Positions 47,551-56,912 of a stretch of 64,000 bases of DNA are shown in pieces. The position numbers and the translations under genes were made by a program. The first letter of the stretch is position 1; every line of letters begins with the position of its first letter. Origin of the DNA: Candidatus Brocadiia bacterium (GTDB lineage: Bacteria; Planctomycetota; Brocadiia; SM23-32). The stretch is taken from assembly GCA_046538485.1 (NCBI GenBank), contig JBKHIT010000006.1:57016-121015 (forward strand), written 5' to 3'. The notes beneath the pieces are model-generated. The model was not told the DNA's origin. It was given only the letters and a program-made list of their open reading frames with translations, and searched no databases.

Positions 47551-48687
47551 TTAGATTGCTATTGAATCCATTATGCTTATAAAAATTTGGAAAAAAGCGA
47601 AGGCAAAACTACCCACAATGATTCCTAGCCCAAGCACAAAGAAAGGGATCAAAACTTTTACAAACGTTTCGACATGTCGTCGTGCATCTTTTATTTCCTG
47701 TTCGGCATTCTCACGCATGATCCGTGGCAATTCTTTCTGTCCCTCGGCACTGGCTATTTCCCATACGACTGAACGTGGGACAAATTTCGTCTTGCGAAGA
47801 GTTTCCGAAAGAGAAATGCCGTTCTCAATATCCTGTCTCCATTTGCGTGCCGCCCGGGCAAAACCGCGATCCGATTCGATTTTGGCCGCTTCCTCCACAG
47901 CGTCAGGGAGTTCATAACCCACTTCCAGTAACATACTTACCGTGGTTGTCCAACGTGCAAATGCAGAACGAAGATAATGTCGGCCCAAAGGCGGGAGCAA
48001 CAGGCGCAGCCCTTTATGAATCCATCGCAAAGGCGCTATTTCGCCCCAGTAAAAGCCCCATGGGAGGGGCAGAAGGGCCCCCATGAACGCCAAAAGTGGC
48101 AAATAAATAAAAAAACCATACTTTGATATAAAAGCCGAAGCCCGGAGCCAGAATTCAAACCCCGGGCTCTCAACATCCAGCTCCCACATCATTTGCCTGA
48201 ACTCTGGGATAATGAAAACACAGAGTATTTGCAATAAAGAAAGGAGAAAACCGAGAATAAGAACCGGGTACAGAAAACGATCAAAAATGTCCATGCGTAT
48301 GTCCTCTTCCCGACTATCCGCGTCCGCCAGCCGATCCAACATTTGCCCCAGGTTCCCGCTCCGTTCACCGGCCGCCAGCATCCGCGTATACCAACCGGGT
48401 ATGCAATTCCATCGTCCCCTCACAGCTTCTGCCAGTGTCATCCCATCATGCAGACGTAACGCAGTACCCTCCAGAATCTGACCTACCTCTCTTGGAGCAC
48501 CGCGGGCGCGTTCAAAAGCCTCTGCCAGTGGCAACTGAAGTCTGACGCAAGCCCGCGCATACAAAGTGAAAATCTCACGTCGCGCCGCCTGCCGCCGCAC
48601 TGCCACATAAAACCAGAGTATAGCAAACCAGATTCCCAGGTTAATGAGGCCCAGGGCGATCTTCGCCATGATTTCGTAATACTCCAT
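47551..48687 (-). CDS. Type II secretion/type IV pilus platform protein (GspF/PilC family), copy 2 with an N-terminal TM
   Basis: GMTLAEAV...MLAAGERSGNLGQML...LYP, and a second repeat GISLSETL. Confidence 0.85.
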   Translation of the reverse strand: MEYYEIMAKIALGLINLGIWFAILWFYVAVRRQAARREIFTLYARACVRLQLPLAEAFERARGAPREVGQILEGTALRLHDGMTLAEAVRGRWNCIPGWYTRMLAAGERSGNLGQMLDRLADADSREEDIRMDIFDRFLYPVLILGFLLSLLQILCVFIIPEFRQMMWELDVESPGFEFWLRASAFISKYGFFIYLPLLAFMGALLPLPWGFYWGEIAPLRWIHKGLRLLLPPLGRHYLRSAFARWTTTVSMLLEVGYELPDAVEEAAKIESDRGFARAARKWRQDIENGISLSETLRKTKFVPRSVVWEIASAEGQKELPRIMRENAEQEIKDARRHVETFVKVLIPFFVLGLGIIVGSFAFAFFQIFISIMDSIAI

Positions 48688-48713
48688 GGCAAAAACCAGA
48701 CTCGAAAGTGAAT

Positions 48714-49916
48714 TTATGATAAGGATGACATTATCCCTATAAGAGGTTGAAAAAGCGTGGTCACGGTGCCCCCGATTAATGCCCCCGCCAAAACCACAAA
48801 GACACCGGGCAAAATCGAGGCCATCAGTTCGGTATTACGGTCGACCTCACGCTCAAAAACGGCCGCCGCTTCCGCAAAGGCTTCCGGCAACCGTTCTGTC
48901 TTTTCACATGATTCTACCATCCATATCAGAATCTCCGGGAACATATCCGCCCTCGTCCGAAGAACTTCCGATAATTTCCTGCCGTCTTGCACCGCCGAGA
49001 CAAGCCGCTCTCCTGAGCGCAACGAAAAAATACCCCCTTCTCGCTCAAGCGCAACGCATAGCGTATCATGAACCGGTGCTCCCGAAATCAAAAGGGTGGA
49101 CATCAAACGCGAGAACCGCGCGAGGTATGCACTGTGTAAAGCGCGCCCGATAACAGGGATGTGAAATAGCAACCAGCGTTTGAAAACGAACCACCAGCGT
49201 GGATTATTCACATATTTGAACAGAGAAAATACGCCCCAAAAACAGGCCAAAAAACCGGCCGCAAACCATGGATAGTGTTCTGCGATAAACAACTCGACGC
49301 GCGTCCAAACCGGAAGCTCTAATCCAAATTCCTCAAACATAACCCCAAACTGCGGGATCAAGAAAAGAAAAACAATGCTTCCGACCACAAACATCAGAAG
49401 CACGACCATCCCCGGATAGGCAATTGCTGCCGTAATCTCGCTTTTAATAGTACCCACACAACGGAGATATTTTGCCGCCAGACGTAACGTTTCAGGTAAA
49501 TTTCCCGTTTCATCCCCGGCGCGCACGAGGCTTACCAGCAAGCTCGGGAAAACACCTTTCTCCCGCTCCAGCGCATCACCCACTGACACTCCCTCATCCA
49601 GACGTTTTGCGACATCGTGTAAGGCGCGTCGCATGCGCGGCTTTGTGGCATCATAAGCCAGCCCCCGCAAAGCACCCGGCAACGGCTTCTCGGATTCTGT
49701 CAGACCCGCCAGCTGATCACAAAAAGACGCAAGATCCTTCGAGGAAACCTTTTTGTTTCCCATTATGTTCGGCAATAATCCGCGGCTCCCCTGAAACTCC
49801 GTCAGTCGAATGCCCTGATCCTGAAGCAGCCGCATAGCTTGTTCTCGCGATTCAGCGGCGACCGTTCCACTAACCGGTTCATTGTCGCGACCGACACCTT
49901 TGTATTTGAACTTCAA
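48714..49916 (-). CDS. Type II secretion/type IV pilus platform protein (GspF/PilC family), copy 1
   Basis: MKFKYKG...GTVAAESREQA..LL, LVRAGDETGNLPETL...AYP, PQF..MF..FGLELP..TR and ARFSRLMSTLL.SG. Confidence 0.92.
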   Translation of the reverse strand: MKFKYKGVGRDNEPVSGTVAAESREQAMRLLQDQGIRLTEFQGSRGLLPNIMGNKKVSSKDLASFCDQLAGLTESEKPLPGALRGLAYDATKPRMRRALHDVAKRLDEGVSVGDALEREKGVFPSLLVSLVRAGDETGNLPETLRLAAKYLRCVGTIKSEITAAIAYPGMVVLLMFVVGSIVFLFLIPQFGVMFEEFGLELPVWTRVELFIAEHYPWFAAGFLACFWGVFSLFKYVNNPRWWFVFKRWLLFHIPVIGRALHSAYLARFSRLMSTLLISGAPVHDTLCVALEREGGIFSLRSGERLVSAVQDGRKLSEVLRTRADMFPEILIWMVESCEKTERLPEAFAEAAAVFEREVDRNTELMASILPGVFVVLAGALIGGTVTTLFQPLIGIMSSLS

Positions 49917-51127
49917 AGTTCAACCTCCCCAAGAACACGCCGCACTTCAAATTTGGTCGTCTTTCCTTCCGCCAAAAGTCGTTTTGCATCTTCTTCCAAT
50001 CCGCCCTGGGACAAGCCCTGGAAACGAGTACGACTCGCGGAATTCATAATCGCTTCATGCAAAGTTTCAGTGGCTTTTAACTCCTCCGTCAACAGAATCC
50101 GTCCGCTGTAACCTGTCCCATGGCACACGGAACACTCTTCTGTGTTATCCAGATTCACCTTTTCCCCGCCCTGATTGTTCCGGGGCGCTGTGCTTCCCCC
50201 GCATCGTGGGCAGACACGTCGCAGAAGACGCTGTGAAATTGCCAGTTTCAGAGCTCCGGCCAGCGCGTACGGTTCCACCCCCATATCCAGCAGACGGTGC
50301 GGGACAAGTGCCGCGCGGGAAGCGTGAACTGTGGACAAAACAAGATGGCCCGTAAGCCCCGCTTCTACGGCAATCCGCGCTGTCTCCGGGTCCCGCACCT
50401 CCCCCACCATAATGACCTCAGGATCCTGGCGTAACAAACTCCGCAGGCTTTGAGCAAAATCCAGCCCAACAGCTCTTTTTACAGCCGTTTGTGTCACTCC
50501 AGGCATGTCCACTTCCACTGGATCTTCCACGCTGACAATGTTCCGCCCCCCCTGGAACTCTCGTGAAATATACTCCAGGCAGGCATACAACGTGGTCGTC
50601 TTGCCACTGCCACTCGGCCCGCTCAGGAAAATAAGTCCTTCCGGTCCGGCCAGGCTCGTCTGCAAATCGCGCAGAACGTCCGCTGCAAACCCGAGCTCCT
50701 CGAGCCGCATGCGTTTTGCTTCAGGGTCGAAAAGCCGGATTGCCACCCGTTCACCGTGATTCGTCGGGAATGTGCTGACCCGCAATCCCAGGTTGTCACC
50801 GTATTTTCCGCCGGCCACCGCCCCTTCCTGGGGCAAATCGGTTCGGTAAGTCAACAGACCCGCCATTACCTTGCATCGTGCAACGACATTTGGTTGCAAA
50901 TCCCCTTCCAGTGCACAGAAATCGTGCATCACACCATCAAGTCGGAGGCGTACTTTCAGTTCGTTGGCCTTAGGCTCAAGATGCAGATCGCTTGCGCGCA
51001 CTTCGACCGCCGTACGGATAAGTTTATCAACCAGCTCAGGGACCGCCTCAGCACCTTTTAGCGCGAGAGCACTAATCCCCTCCCGCTTGGCCCTGTTCTG
51101 GTCGGAGATGTGCGTCCTATGCCCCAT
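49913..51127 (-). CDS. GspE/PilB-family secretion/pilus assembly ATPase lacking the N1 domain
   Basis: ASDLHLEP, RLRLDGV, Walker A GPSGSGKTTT, EDPVE, LRQDPEVIMVGEVRD, TGHLVLSTVH, and zinc motif CPRC...CSVC.GTGYSGR. Confidence 0.93.
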   Translation of the reverse strand: MGHRTHISDQNRAKREGISALALKGAEAVPELVDKLIRTAVEVRASDLHLEPKANELKVRLRLDGVMHDFCALEGDLQPNVVARCKVMAGLLTYRTDLPQEGAVAGGKYGDNLGLRVSTFPTNHGERVAIRLFDPEAKRMRLEELGFAADVLRDLQTSLAGPEGLIFLSGPSGSGKTTTLYACLEYISREFQGGRNIVSVEDPVEVDMPGVTQTAVKRAVGLDFAQSLRSLLRQDPEVIMVGEVRDPETARIAVEAGLTGHLVLSTVHASRAALVPHRLLDMGVEPYALAGALKLAISQRLLRRVCPRCGGSTAPRNNQGGEKVNLDNTEECSVCHGTGYSGRILLTEELKATETLHEAIMNSASRTRFQGLSQGGLEEDAKRLLAEGKTTKFEVRRVLGEVEL

Positions 51128-51283
51128 TCAACCTCCGTGAAGCGCAGAATTTATCTACGTTCATCTTCTATCACATTCATATCTATCCGTCAAATAATCA
51201 AAAACCCCAATGCGCTCAACCAGCGGTCAAATCCTACCACCAGTAGCCTTCCCCTTCAAATACTCAAAAAGATATCCTCCCAT

Positions 51284-51311
51284 TTGCCCCTTTGTATGCA
51301 AACTGTATAAT
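51284..51311 (+). promoter_or_regulatory. Sigma70-type promoter for the isomerase-oxidoreductase pair
   Basis: TTGCCC, 16-nt spacer, perfect TATAAT at 51306-51311. Confidence 0.5.
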
Positions 51312-51373
51312 CCGGTCTCCGACAAATCGCGTCCTATTTGTTGATGCCCTTTTCACCTTTTTGGAGCTGAACG

Positions 51374-52153
51374 ATGAAGATTTCTATTGTTTCATATTCG
51401 TTTCATGGGCTGCTGCAAAACGAAATGATCAATATTTACAGTTATCTCGAAAGCGTACGCTATCGCTATGATCTGGATGCCGCCGATATCTGGAGCGGAA
51501 TGATCGAAAGCACCGATGAAGATTATCTGAATCGGCTGCGAGAAGCGCTGGACGAACGTGAACTCAGCCTCGCCAACATCTGCGTTGACGGCGCTCATCT
51601 GTGGGAGGACGATCCAAGAGAACGAGACGAACATTACCAAATTGCGCTCAAATGGTTGAACGCCGCCGAAATCCTGGGAGCCAACACCATCCGCATCGAT
51701 ATGGGCGGAAGTGGTGAACAACTTACAGATGAACAGTTCGATTACATCGTCAAACGTTACCGTGAATATGCCGACCGAGCTCAGGAAGGTGGATACATGG
51801 TTGGACCGGAGACCCACTGGGGTCCGTCCCTGACAGTCGAAGTCCAGAAAGCAGTCTATAAAGCGGTTGACAATCCGGCGTACGGAATACTGCTCCATAT
51901 CGGCCACTGGAACGGCGGGCCAGAAGAACAGAACCGCGGGGACGAAATGGCCGCTCCATGGGCAATGCACACACACGTTGCCGCAAACATTGCGGCTGAC
52001 GGACCGGAAGATAAAATGCGCATGATGCGGGAAGCGGGTTACGACGGGTACTGGGGCGTGGAACATCATTCCGCCCAGAACGAATATGCCGAAGTCGAAT
52101 GGCAACTCGCCGTCGTGCGCAGAGCTGCCAAACGACTGCAGGCCGGTGAATAG
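51374..52153 (+). CDS. Sugar phosphate isomerase/epimerase (xylose isomerase-like TIM barrel)
   Basis: AEILGANTIRID, GPETHWG, HIGHW, AMHTH and GYDGYWGVEH. Confidence 0.85.
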   Translation: MKISIVSYSFHGLLQNEMINIYSYLESVRYRYDLDAADIWSGMIESTDEDYLNRLREALDERELSLANICVDGAHLWEDDPRERDEHYQIALKWLNAAEILGANTIRIDMGGSGEQLTDEQFDYIVKRYREYADRAQEGGYMVGPETHWGPSLTVEVQKAVYKAVDNPAYGILLHIGHWNGGPEEQNRGDEMAAPWAMHTHVAANIAADGPEDKMRMMREAGYDGYWGVEHHSAQNEYAEVEWQLAVVRRAAKRLQAGE

Positions 52154-52225
52154 GCCGAATATCCCGATTCAGGAAGGGAATCGAAGCTACTTTCAAGCAG
52201 AACTCTGAAACAAAAGGAATATGAA

Positions 52226-53326
52226 ATGGAGCCCATCAAACTCGGTATCATTGGTGTAGGACAAATTGGGAAGCGCCACCTCGACCGCTACGCGGACATA
52301 CCCGGCGCCGAAATGGTAGCCGCCGCGGATATCGATGAAGAAGAACTCAACCGCGTTGCCGACCTCCACGATATCCAGCACCGTTACACAGACTTTCGAA
52401 AATTATTGGAGCGGAACGATATCGATGCCGTCGACGTCTGTCTTCACAACAATTACCACATGCCCGTAACAGTCGAGGCACTGCGGGCGGCCAAAAATGT
52501 CTACTGCGAAAAACCCATGGCCGGCTCCTACACTGATGCGCTGAGAATGATGCAAACCGCCGAGCAATGCGACCAAATGCTCAGCATCCAGCTCTTCTCA
52601 CTTTTCAGCAAGGAAACGCACATCGGCAAGCACCTCATTGATGAGGGCCGTCTCGGGAATATATACCACGCCCGCTCCACCGGCTACAGACGCCGCGGAC
52701 GTCCTTACGTGGATGGGTACGGTACGGAGAATTTCGTTCAAAAGAAAACTGCCGCCGGCGGAGCACTTTACGATATGGGCGTCTACCATATCGCTCAGAT
52801 ACTCTACCTGGCCGGCCTGCCGGAAGTGGAACGTGTCAGCGGGAAAATCTACCAGAAACTCGACATGGATGCCGAGCGCCGGGAGAAAAGCGGTTACGAT
52901 GTCGAGGAACTGGGACTTGGTTTTGTCAAGTGCGAAGATGGGCTCACTATCGACATCATGGAATCCTGGGCCATCCACCTCGATCCTTTCGAAGGCAGCT
53001 GCGTGGTGGGCACCGAAGGCGGATTGCGCCTCAATCCCTTCAGTTTCCATACTACTATGAGCGACGTCGAAGCGGATACCACATTCGACCTGAATGGCAC
53101 AAGCACGCGCTGGCATCGTCTCCGCGCGGACGAAGACGCCTATGACTCATCCCAGCATCACTGGATCGCCGCTCTCCAGGGACGCGTCGATCTTCTCCCC
53201 ACGGCCGACGTGGCCCTGCGGACAATGCTCATCAGTGAGGGCATTTATCTCTCCGACAGACTTGGCCGGGAAGTCAGTGCGGCCGAAGTCGTGGAAGCCT
53301 CTGAATCGACGGCGGTGGAGATCTGA
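52226..53326 (+). CDS. Gfo/Idh/MocA-family oxidoreductase
   Basis: LGIIGVGQIG, DAVDVCLHNNYH, NVYCEKPMA and GGALYDMGVYHI. Confidence 0.93.
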   Translation: MEPIKLGIIGVGQIGKRHLDRYADIPGAEMVAAADIDEEELNRVADLHDIQHRYTDFRKLLERNDIDAVDVCLHNNYHMPVTVEALRAAKNVYCEKPMAGSYTDALRMMQTAEQCDQMLSIQLFSLFSKETHIGKHLIDEGRLGNIYHARSTGYRRRGRPYVDGYGTENFVQKKTAAGGALYDMGVYHIAQILYLAGLPEVERVSGKIYQKLDMDAERREKSGYDVEELGLGFVKCEDGLTIDIMESWAIHLDPFEGSCVVGTEGGLRLNPFSFHTTMSDVEADTTFDLNGTSTRWHRLRADEDAYDSSQHHWIAALQGRVDLLPTADVALRTMLISEGIYLSDRLGREVSAAEVVEASESTAVEI

Positions 53327-53552
53327 GCGGTCCTTTCACCTCTCATGATCAGCTACTGTCTCGCGTCAAAACCAAACCAAGCGGGACTTGAGGCAGTCCT
53401 CTCAGGCATCTCGAAGGGGAAAATAAGAGATTCTCTGATTGTAACCCGCATAAACTACGATAAGATCGTTATTAATTACAATTTCGGTCGAACCTTATCG
53501 TGAGAGAAGAGAACTTCGCCGGGAAGCTTTTGGAGCCGAAAGGGGTAAAGTA

Positions 53553-54605
53553 ATGCCAACCGATATAGAAGAACTGCTGGGAGATGAAGCATCGGATCTG
53601 CTCAATCATACCTGTGAGACTATCCCGCAGGAGGACCTGAACCTACCGGGAAAGGACTTTGTCGATCGCATCTGCAAAAGTTCCGATCGAAACAATCGCG
53701 TTCTGAGAAATCTCAACTGGCTTTTCAAGACCGGCCGGCTCGCCGGCACTGGGTACGTATCTATCCTGCCCGTGGATCAGGGGATTGAGCACACAGGAGG
53801 CTCGGCCTTTGGGCCAAATCCGGATTACTTTGATCCGGAGAACATCATCCAGCTCGCCATGGAAGGCGGGTGCAACGGCGTCGCCAGCACCATGGGCGTG
53901 CTCGGGGCCGTCGCGCGGGACTACGCCCACATGTTCCCGTTCATCGCCAAGCTTAACCACAACGAATTGCTGACCTACCCCAAGACATACGACCAGCGCT
54001 TCTTCACGACTGTAGAACGAGCCTGGGATCTCGGAGCTGCCGGGGTGGGAGCCACGGTCTATTTCGGATCCAAAGAATCCGCCCGGCAGATCGAAGAGGT
54101 GGCCGAAGCCTTTGCGCGCGCCCACGATCTCGGCATGTTCACCGTCCTTTGGTGCTACCTCCGGAACATGGAATTCAAAACGGAAGAGGATGATTATCAT
54201 CTTTCGGCGGACATGACCGGCCAGGCCAACCACCTCGGTTCGACGCTCCAGGCGGACATCGTCAAGCAAAAACTCCCTGAAACCAACTGCGGATTCCTCA
54301 AACTCGATTTCGGGCGCACACACGATGCGATGTATGGCAAGATCTGCACCGACCATCCAATCGACATGGTCCGCTACCAGGTTGCGAACTGCTACATGGG
54401 ACGCGTCGGTTTCATCAATTCCGGTGGAGCCTCCCGCGATAACGATTTTCAGGAAGTCGCCCGCACAGCCGTTATCAACAAACGCGCCGGGGGCACCGGC
54501 CTGATCACCGGCCGAAAAGCCTTTCAGCGCCCACGGGAAGAGGGGATCAAACTCCTGAATACCGTCCAGGATATTTACCTGGATGATTCAATCACGCTGG
54601 CGTAA
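53553..54605 (+). CDS. fbaB: Class I fructose-bisphosphate aldolase (FbaB/DhnA type)
   Basis: [54 protein letters not shown] (Schiff-base Lys) and NKRAGG.GLI.GRKAFQ. Confidence 0.95.
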   Translation: MPTDIEELLGDEASDLLNHTCETIPQEDLNLPGKDFVDRICKSSDRNNRVLRNLNWLFKTGRLAGTGYVSILPVDQGIEHTGGSAFGPNPDYFDPENIIQLAMEGGCNGVASTMGVLGAVARDYAHMFPFIAKLNHNELLTYPKTYDQRFFTTVERAWDLGAAGVGATVYFGSKESARQIEEVAEAFARAHDLGMFTVLWCYLRNMEFKTEEDDYHLSADMTGQANHLGSTLQADIVKQKLPETNCGFLKLDFGRTHDAMYGKICTDHPIDMVRYQVANCYMGRVGFINSGGASRDNDFQEVARTAVINKRAGGTGLITGRKAFQRPREEGIKLLNTVQDIYLDDSITLA

Positions 54606-54635
54606 TTCCCCCACGGGCGTTGACACATGAGCGGA

Positions 54636-54664
54636 CTGGACTTCAGACGCAGTCTGGAGTTCAG
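54636..54664 (+). terminator. Stem-loop downstream of fbaB, possible terminator or 3' stabiliser
   Basis: CTGGACTTCAGAC-GCA-GTCTGGAGTTCAG gives a 13-bp stem with two G.U pairs. There is no immediate U-tract. Confidence 0.35.
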
Positions 54665-54762
54665 AACGCGGACCAGTTTTGAAGAGTTCAGCCGTGCTTG
54701 ACCCCCCCAGGCGGGCCGTCGTTTGCCGTCGATCGTTGGCTTTATCCGTTTAATCGCAGCAC

Positions 54763-54785
54763 GGACCGCTAAAGCGGTCCACTAC
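54763..54785 (-). repeat. GTAG-tailed REP-like palindrome
   Basis: Minus strand reads GTAGT-GGACCGCT-TT-AGCGGTCC, a perfect 8-bp stem with a GTAG tail. Confidence 0.65.
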
Positions 54786-55061
54786 GAGCACGTTTCACTG
54801 ATTTGCACGTCCGGGGTTATTGCAAACTGAAATATCAATGTCAGGTTCGTAGTGAGTCCCTTCAGAGGCTCGCTCGTTTGTCTGTCTATCTGTCGTTACA
54901 GCTTCCGGGGACGGGATAAGAGGGTTAAAAAGCCAACAATCGCCAGGGCAAACCACGGCGGGTTTGTAAGCCCGCGACACACGGAACTCAAAAAGCAGAT
55001 TAGACTGCAGGCGAATGCGAGCGATGGATATGGCATGACGTGCCGCGCTCCTTAGGGTATG

Positions 55062-56150
55062 TCACGATGTCTCAAATCGCTTAAACGCCGCCATAAGCTT
55101 CTTCGCTTTTTCAAATGAGACCGGCGGGGGGAGAACGCCGGCCGAGGTCAAAAATATCTTGCGTCGGTTCGGACAATTCGCCAGATCCTCCCGGACCGTC
55201 TCCACAATCCGCCCGAACGGCTGGGTAAGCAACGTCGCGTTTGTCCCACCGATCAGCGCCTTCGAAGGCATTCGCTCCCGCCCTTCCGCAAGACTTACGT
55301 CCCCCACCGGCCGCGTCGTGAACGCCTCGTTTACCAGAGCGGGCAGCTCATCGATCAGCTCCAGAAGGGCATTCAGTGTCCCGCACATGTGATGAACCGG
55401 CACAATATCGTGTTCCAAAATCAGATTCCCGTAATCACGCAGGTGCGGCATACAGTATTCCTCGAACATTGCCGGGCTGATAAGGGTTGTCGAAGTATTC
55501 TCCGACATCCAGAAAGTATCGGTCTGAAGATTCGGCACCAGTTCCCGTAACCTGCGCATGCGGTCGGCATGCATAAGATCAATCACTTCCCGGAAAAGTT
55601 CCGGAGCATCCTGCATGACATACATTGTATTAACGGGCCCCGCCTGATGTTCGACCATGTTCATGAGCGGACTCGGCCCGACTCCCGTGCTGGTGATAAC
55701 ATCTTTTTCTTCGAGTTCCCGCTGCCGCGCGGCATTCTGTCGGGCGTCCTTTTCAGACACCGAATAGGTTGTGTCTTTGTAGAACCACCGGGAAAGCTCA
55801 AGTTCCTCGGTATTATTCACCGGGAATCGTGTCGGATGCCAGCTCTCGGTATATGGATCGAAAGTCTGTTCGGCGATCAGTTCACCATCGGGGGTTTCGA
55901 AAATCTTCCTGCGCAATCCGTCTTCCTCGGTTGTGCTGCATTCCACATGCGGCTGCTCGCAGTCCACGGAACACCCGTTCCAGAGCAGCAGGTCGCATCC
56001 CGCCGCACGTAGTAGTTCTTCCGCTCCCATGCTGTTGTAAGGTTCCGGCTGGGAACTCTGCCATGTCCGGTTGGTCATTTTCAACCAGACCGGAAACCGA
56101 TCCACTTCTTCACCTTCAAAAGTTGCGAAAACTCGCTCTCGATTCGTCAT
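55062..56150 (-). CDS. Uroporphyrinogen decarboxylase-like (URO-D/MtaA-CmuA methyltransferase superfamily) protein
   Basis: MTNRERVFATFEGEEVDRFPV, ISPAMFEEYCMPHL, HHMCG and LIGG. Start placed at MTNRER. Confidence 0.85.
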   Translation of the reverse strand: MTNRERVFATFEGEEVDRFPVWLKMTNRTWQSSQPEPYNSMGAEELLRAAGCDLLLWNGCSVDCEQPHVECSTTEEDGLRRKIFETPDGELIAEQTFDPYTESWHPTRFPVNNTEELELSRWFYKDTTYSVSEKDARQNAARQRELEEKDVITSTGVGPSPLMNMVEHQAGPVNTMYVMQDAPELFREVIDLMHADRMRRLRELVPNLQTDTFWMSENTSTTLISPAMFEEYCMPHLRDYGNLILEHDIVPVHHMCGTLNALLELIDELPALVNEAFTTRPVGDVSLAEGRERMPSKALIGGTNATLLTQPFGRIVETVREDLANCPNRRKIFLTSAGVLPPPVSFEKAKKLMAAFKRFETS

Positions 56151-56456
56151 TGCGCTTTTATCGTTCAACGTCCTCTTCCTTCCTGCTCTTTTAGACTCAG
56201 GCCTCCGGCACGAGCAATATTGTAACGAATTTGATTTCATCTGTCTTCGAGTCCGCCCGAGAAGCATACAGTCGGCTCCTGATTCAGGGAGAACCGACGG
56301 CATTACCAGCTCCGTCGTCTCCCTTCCCCGACCTGATTGCGTTGAGCAGAATTATTGGTGCAGTCGAGAGTTACCGACAGGCAGAAAAACATTTTTCATA
56401 CCACTTCATTGACGCAGAGGTCCCAGATCTCTAAAATCAGTGCGATTTTCGCATCG

Positions 56457-56876
56457 ATGGGAGAAAACAAAAAAGTGTATGCCCTGAAGCCGTTCGGCGT
56501 TTATCTCCTCGATAGTCTCCGGCAGAATCAGGACGCAATGGTTCGCGTGCGGCGAATGCTCGCTGGTCTCGATATTCCCATGGGTCAAGCCAACATCTTC
56601 GGCCGGGATGGCGTCGTTGACGTTGCGCGGGAGCTTTCCACGTGGTCGCCGCAGGAAAGTTCCGATGTAATTCCTGTCCAACATCGGCGCGCGATAGTTT
56701 TCACTAAAAGCCGTGAGGTGTGGGAAAAACTGGAGGAGGAACTGGGACAAAAGCCCGACTCTTTTGTCTGCGGGTGTAACCCCATTGAAGGCCCGGGACC
56801 ACGCATGATGCCATCTCAGCACCTTTCTCACTCCGCGTATTATCCCACTGAAAACCACACAGAAACAGAAGATTGA
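56457..56876 (+). CDS. Hypothetical protein or degraded gene remnant
   Basis: 139-codon ORF co-oriented with the sulfatase, with no recognisable motif and no clear RBS. Confidence 0.3.
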   Translation: MGENKKVYALKPFGVYLLDSLRQNQDAMVRVRRMLAGLDIPMGQANIFGRDGVVDVARELSTWSPQESSDVIPVQHRRAIVFTKSREVWEKLEEELGQKPDSFVCGCNPIEGPGPRMMPSQHLSHSAYYPTENHTETED

Positions 56877-56912
56877 TCTCCCGTCCACATTCCTTACCAG
56901 GAGCAACACCTC

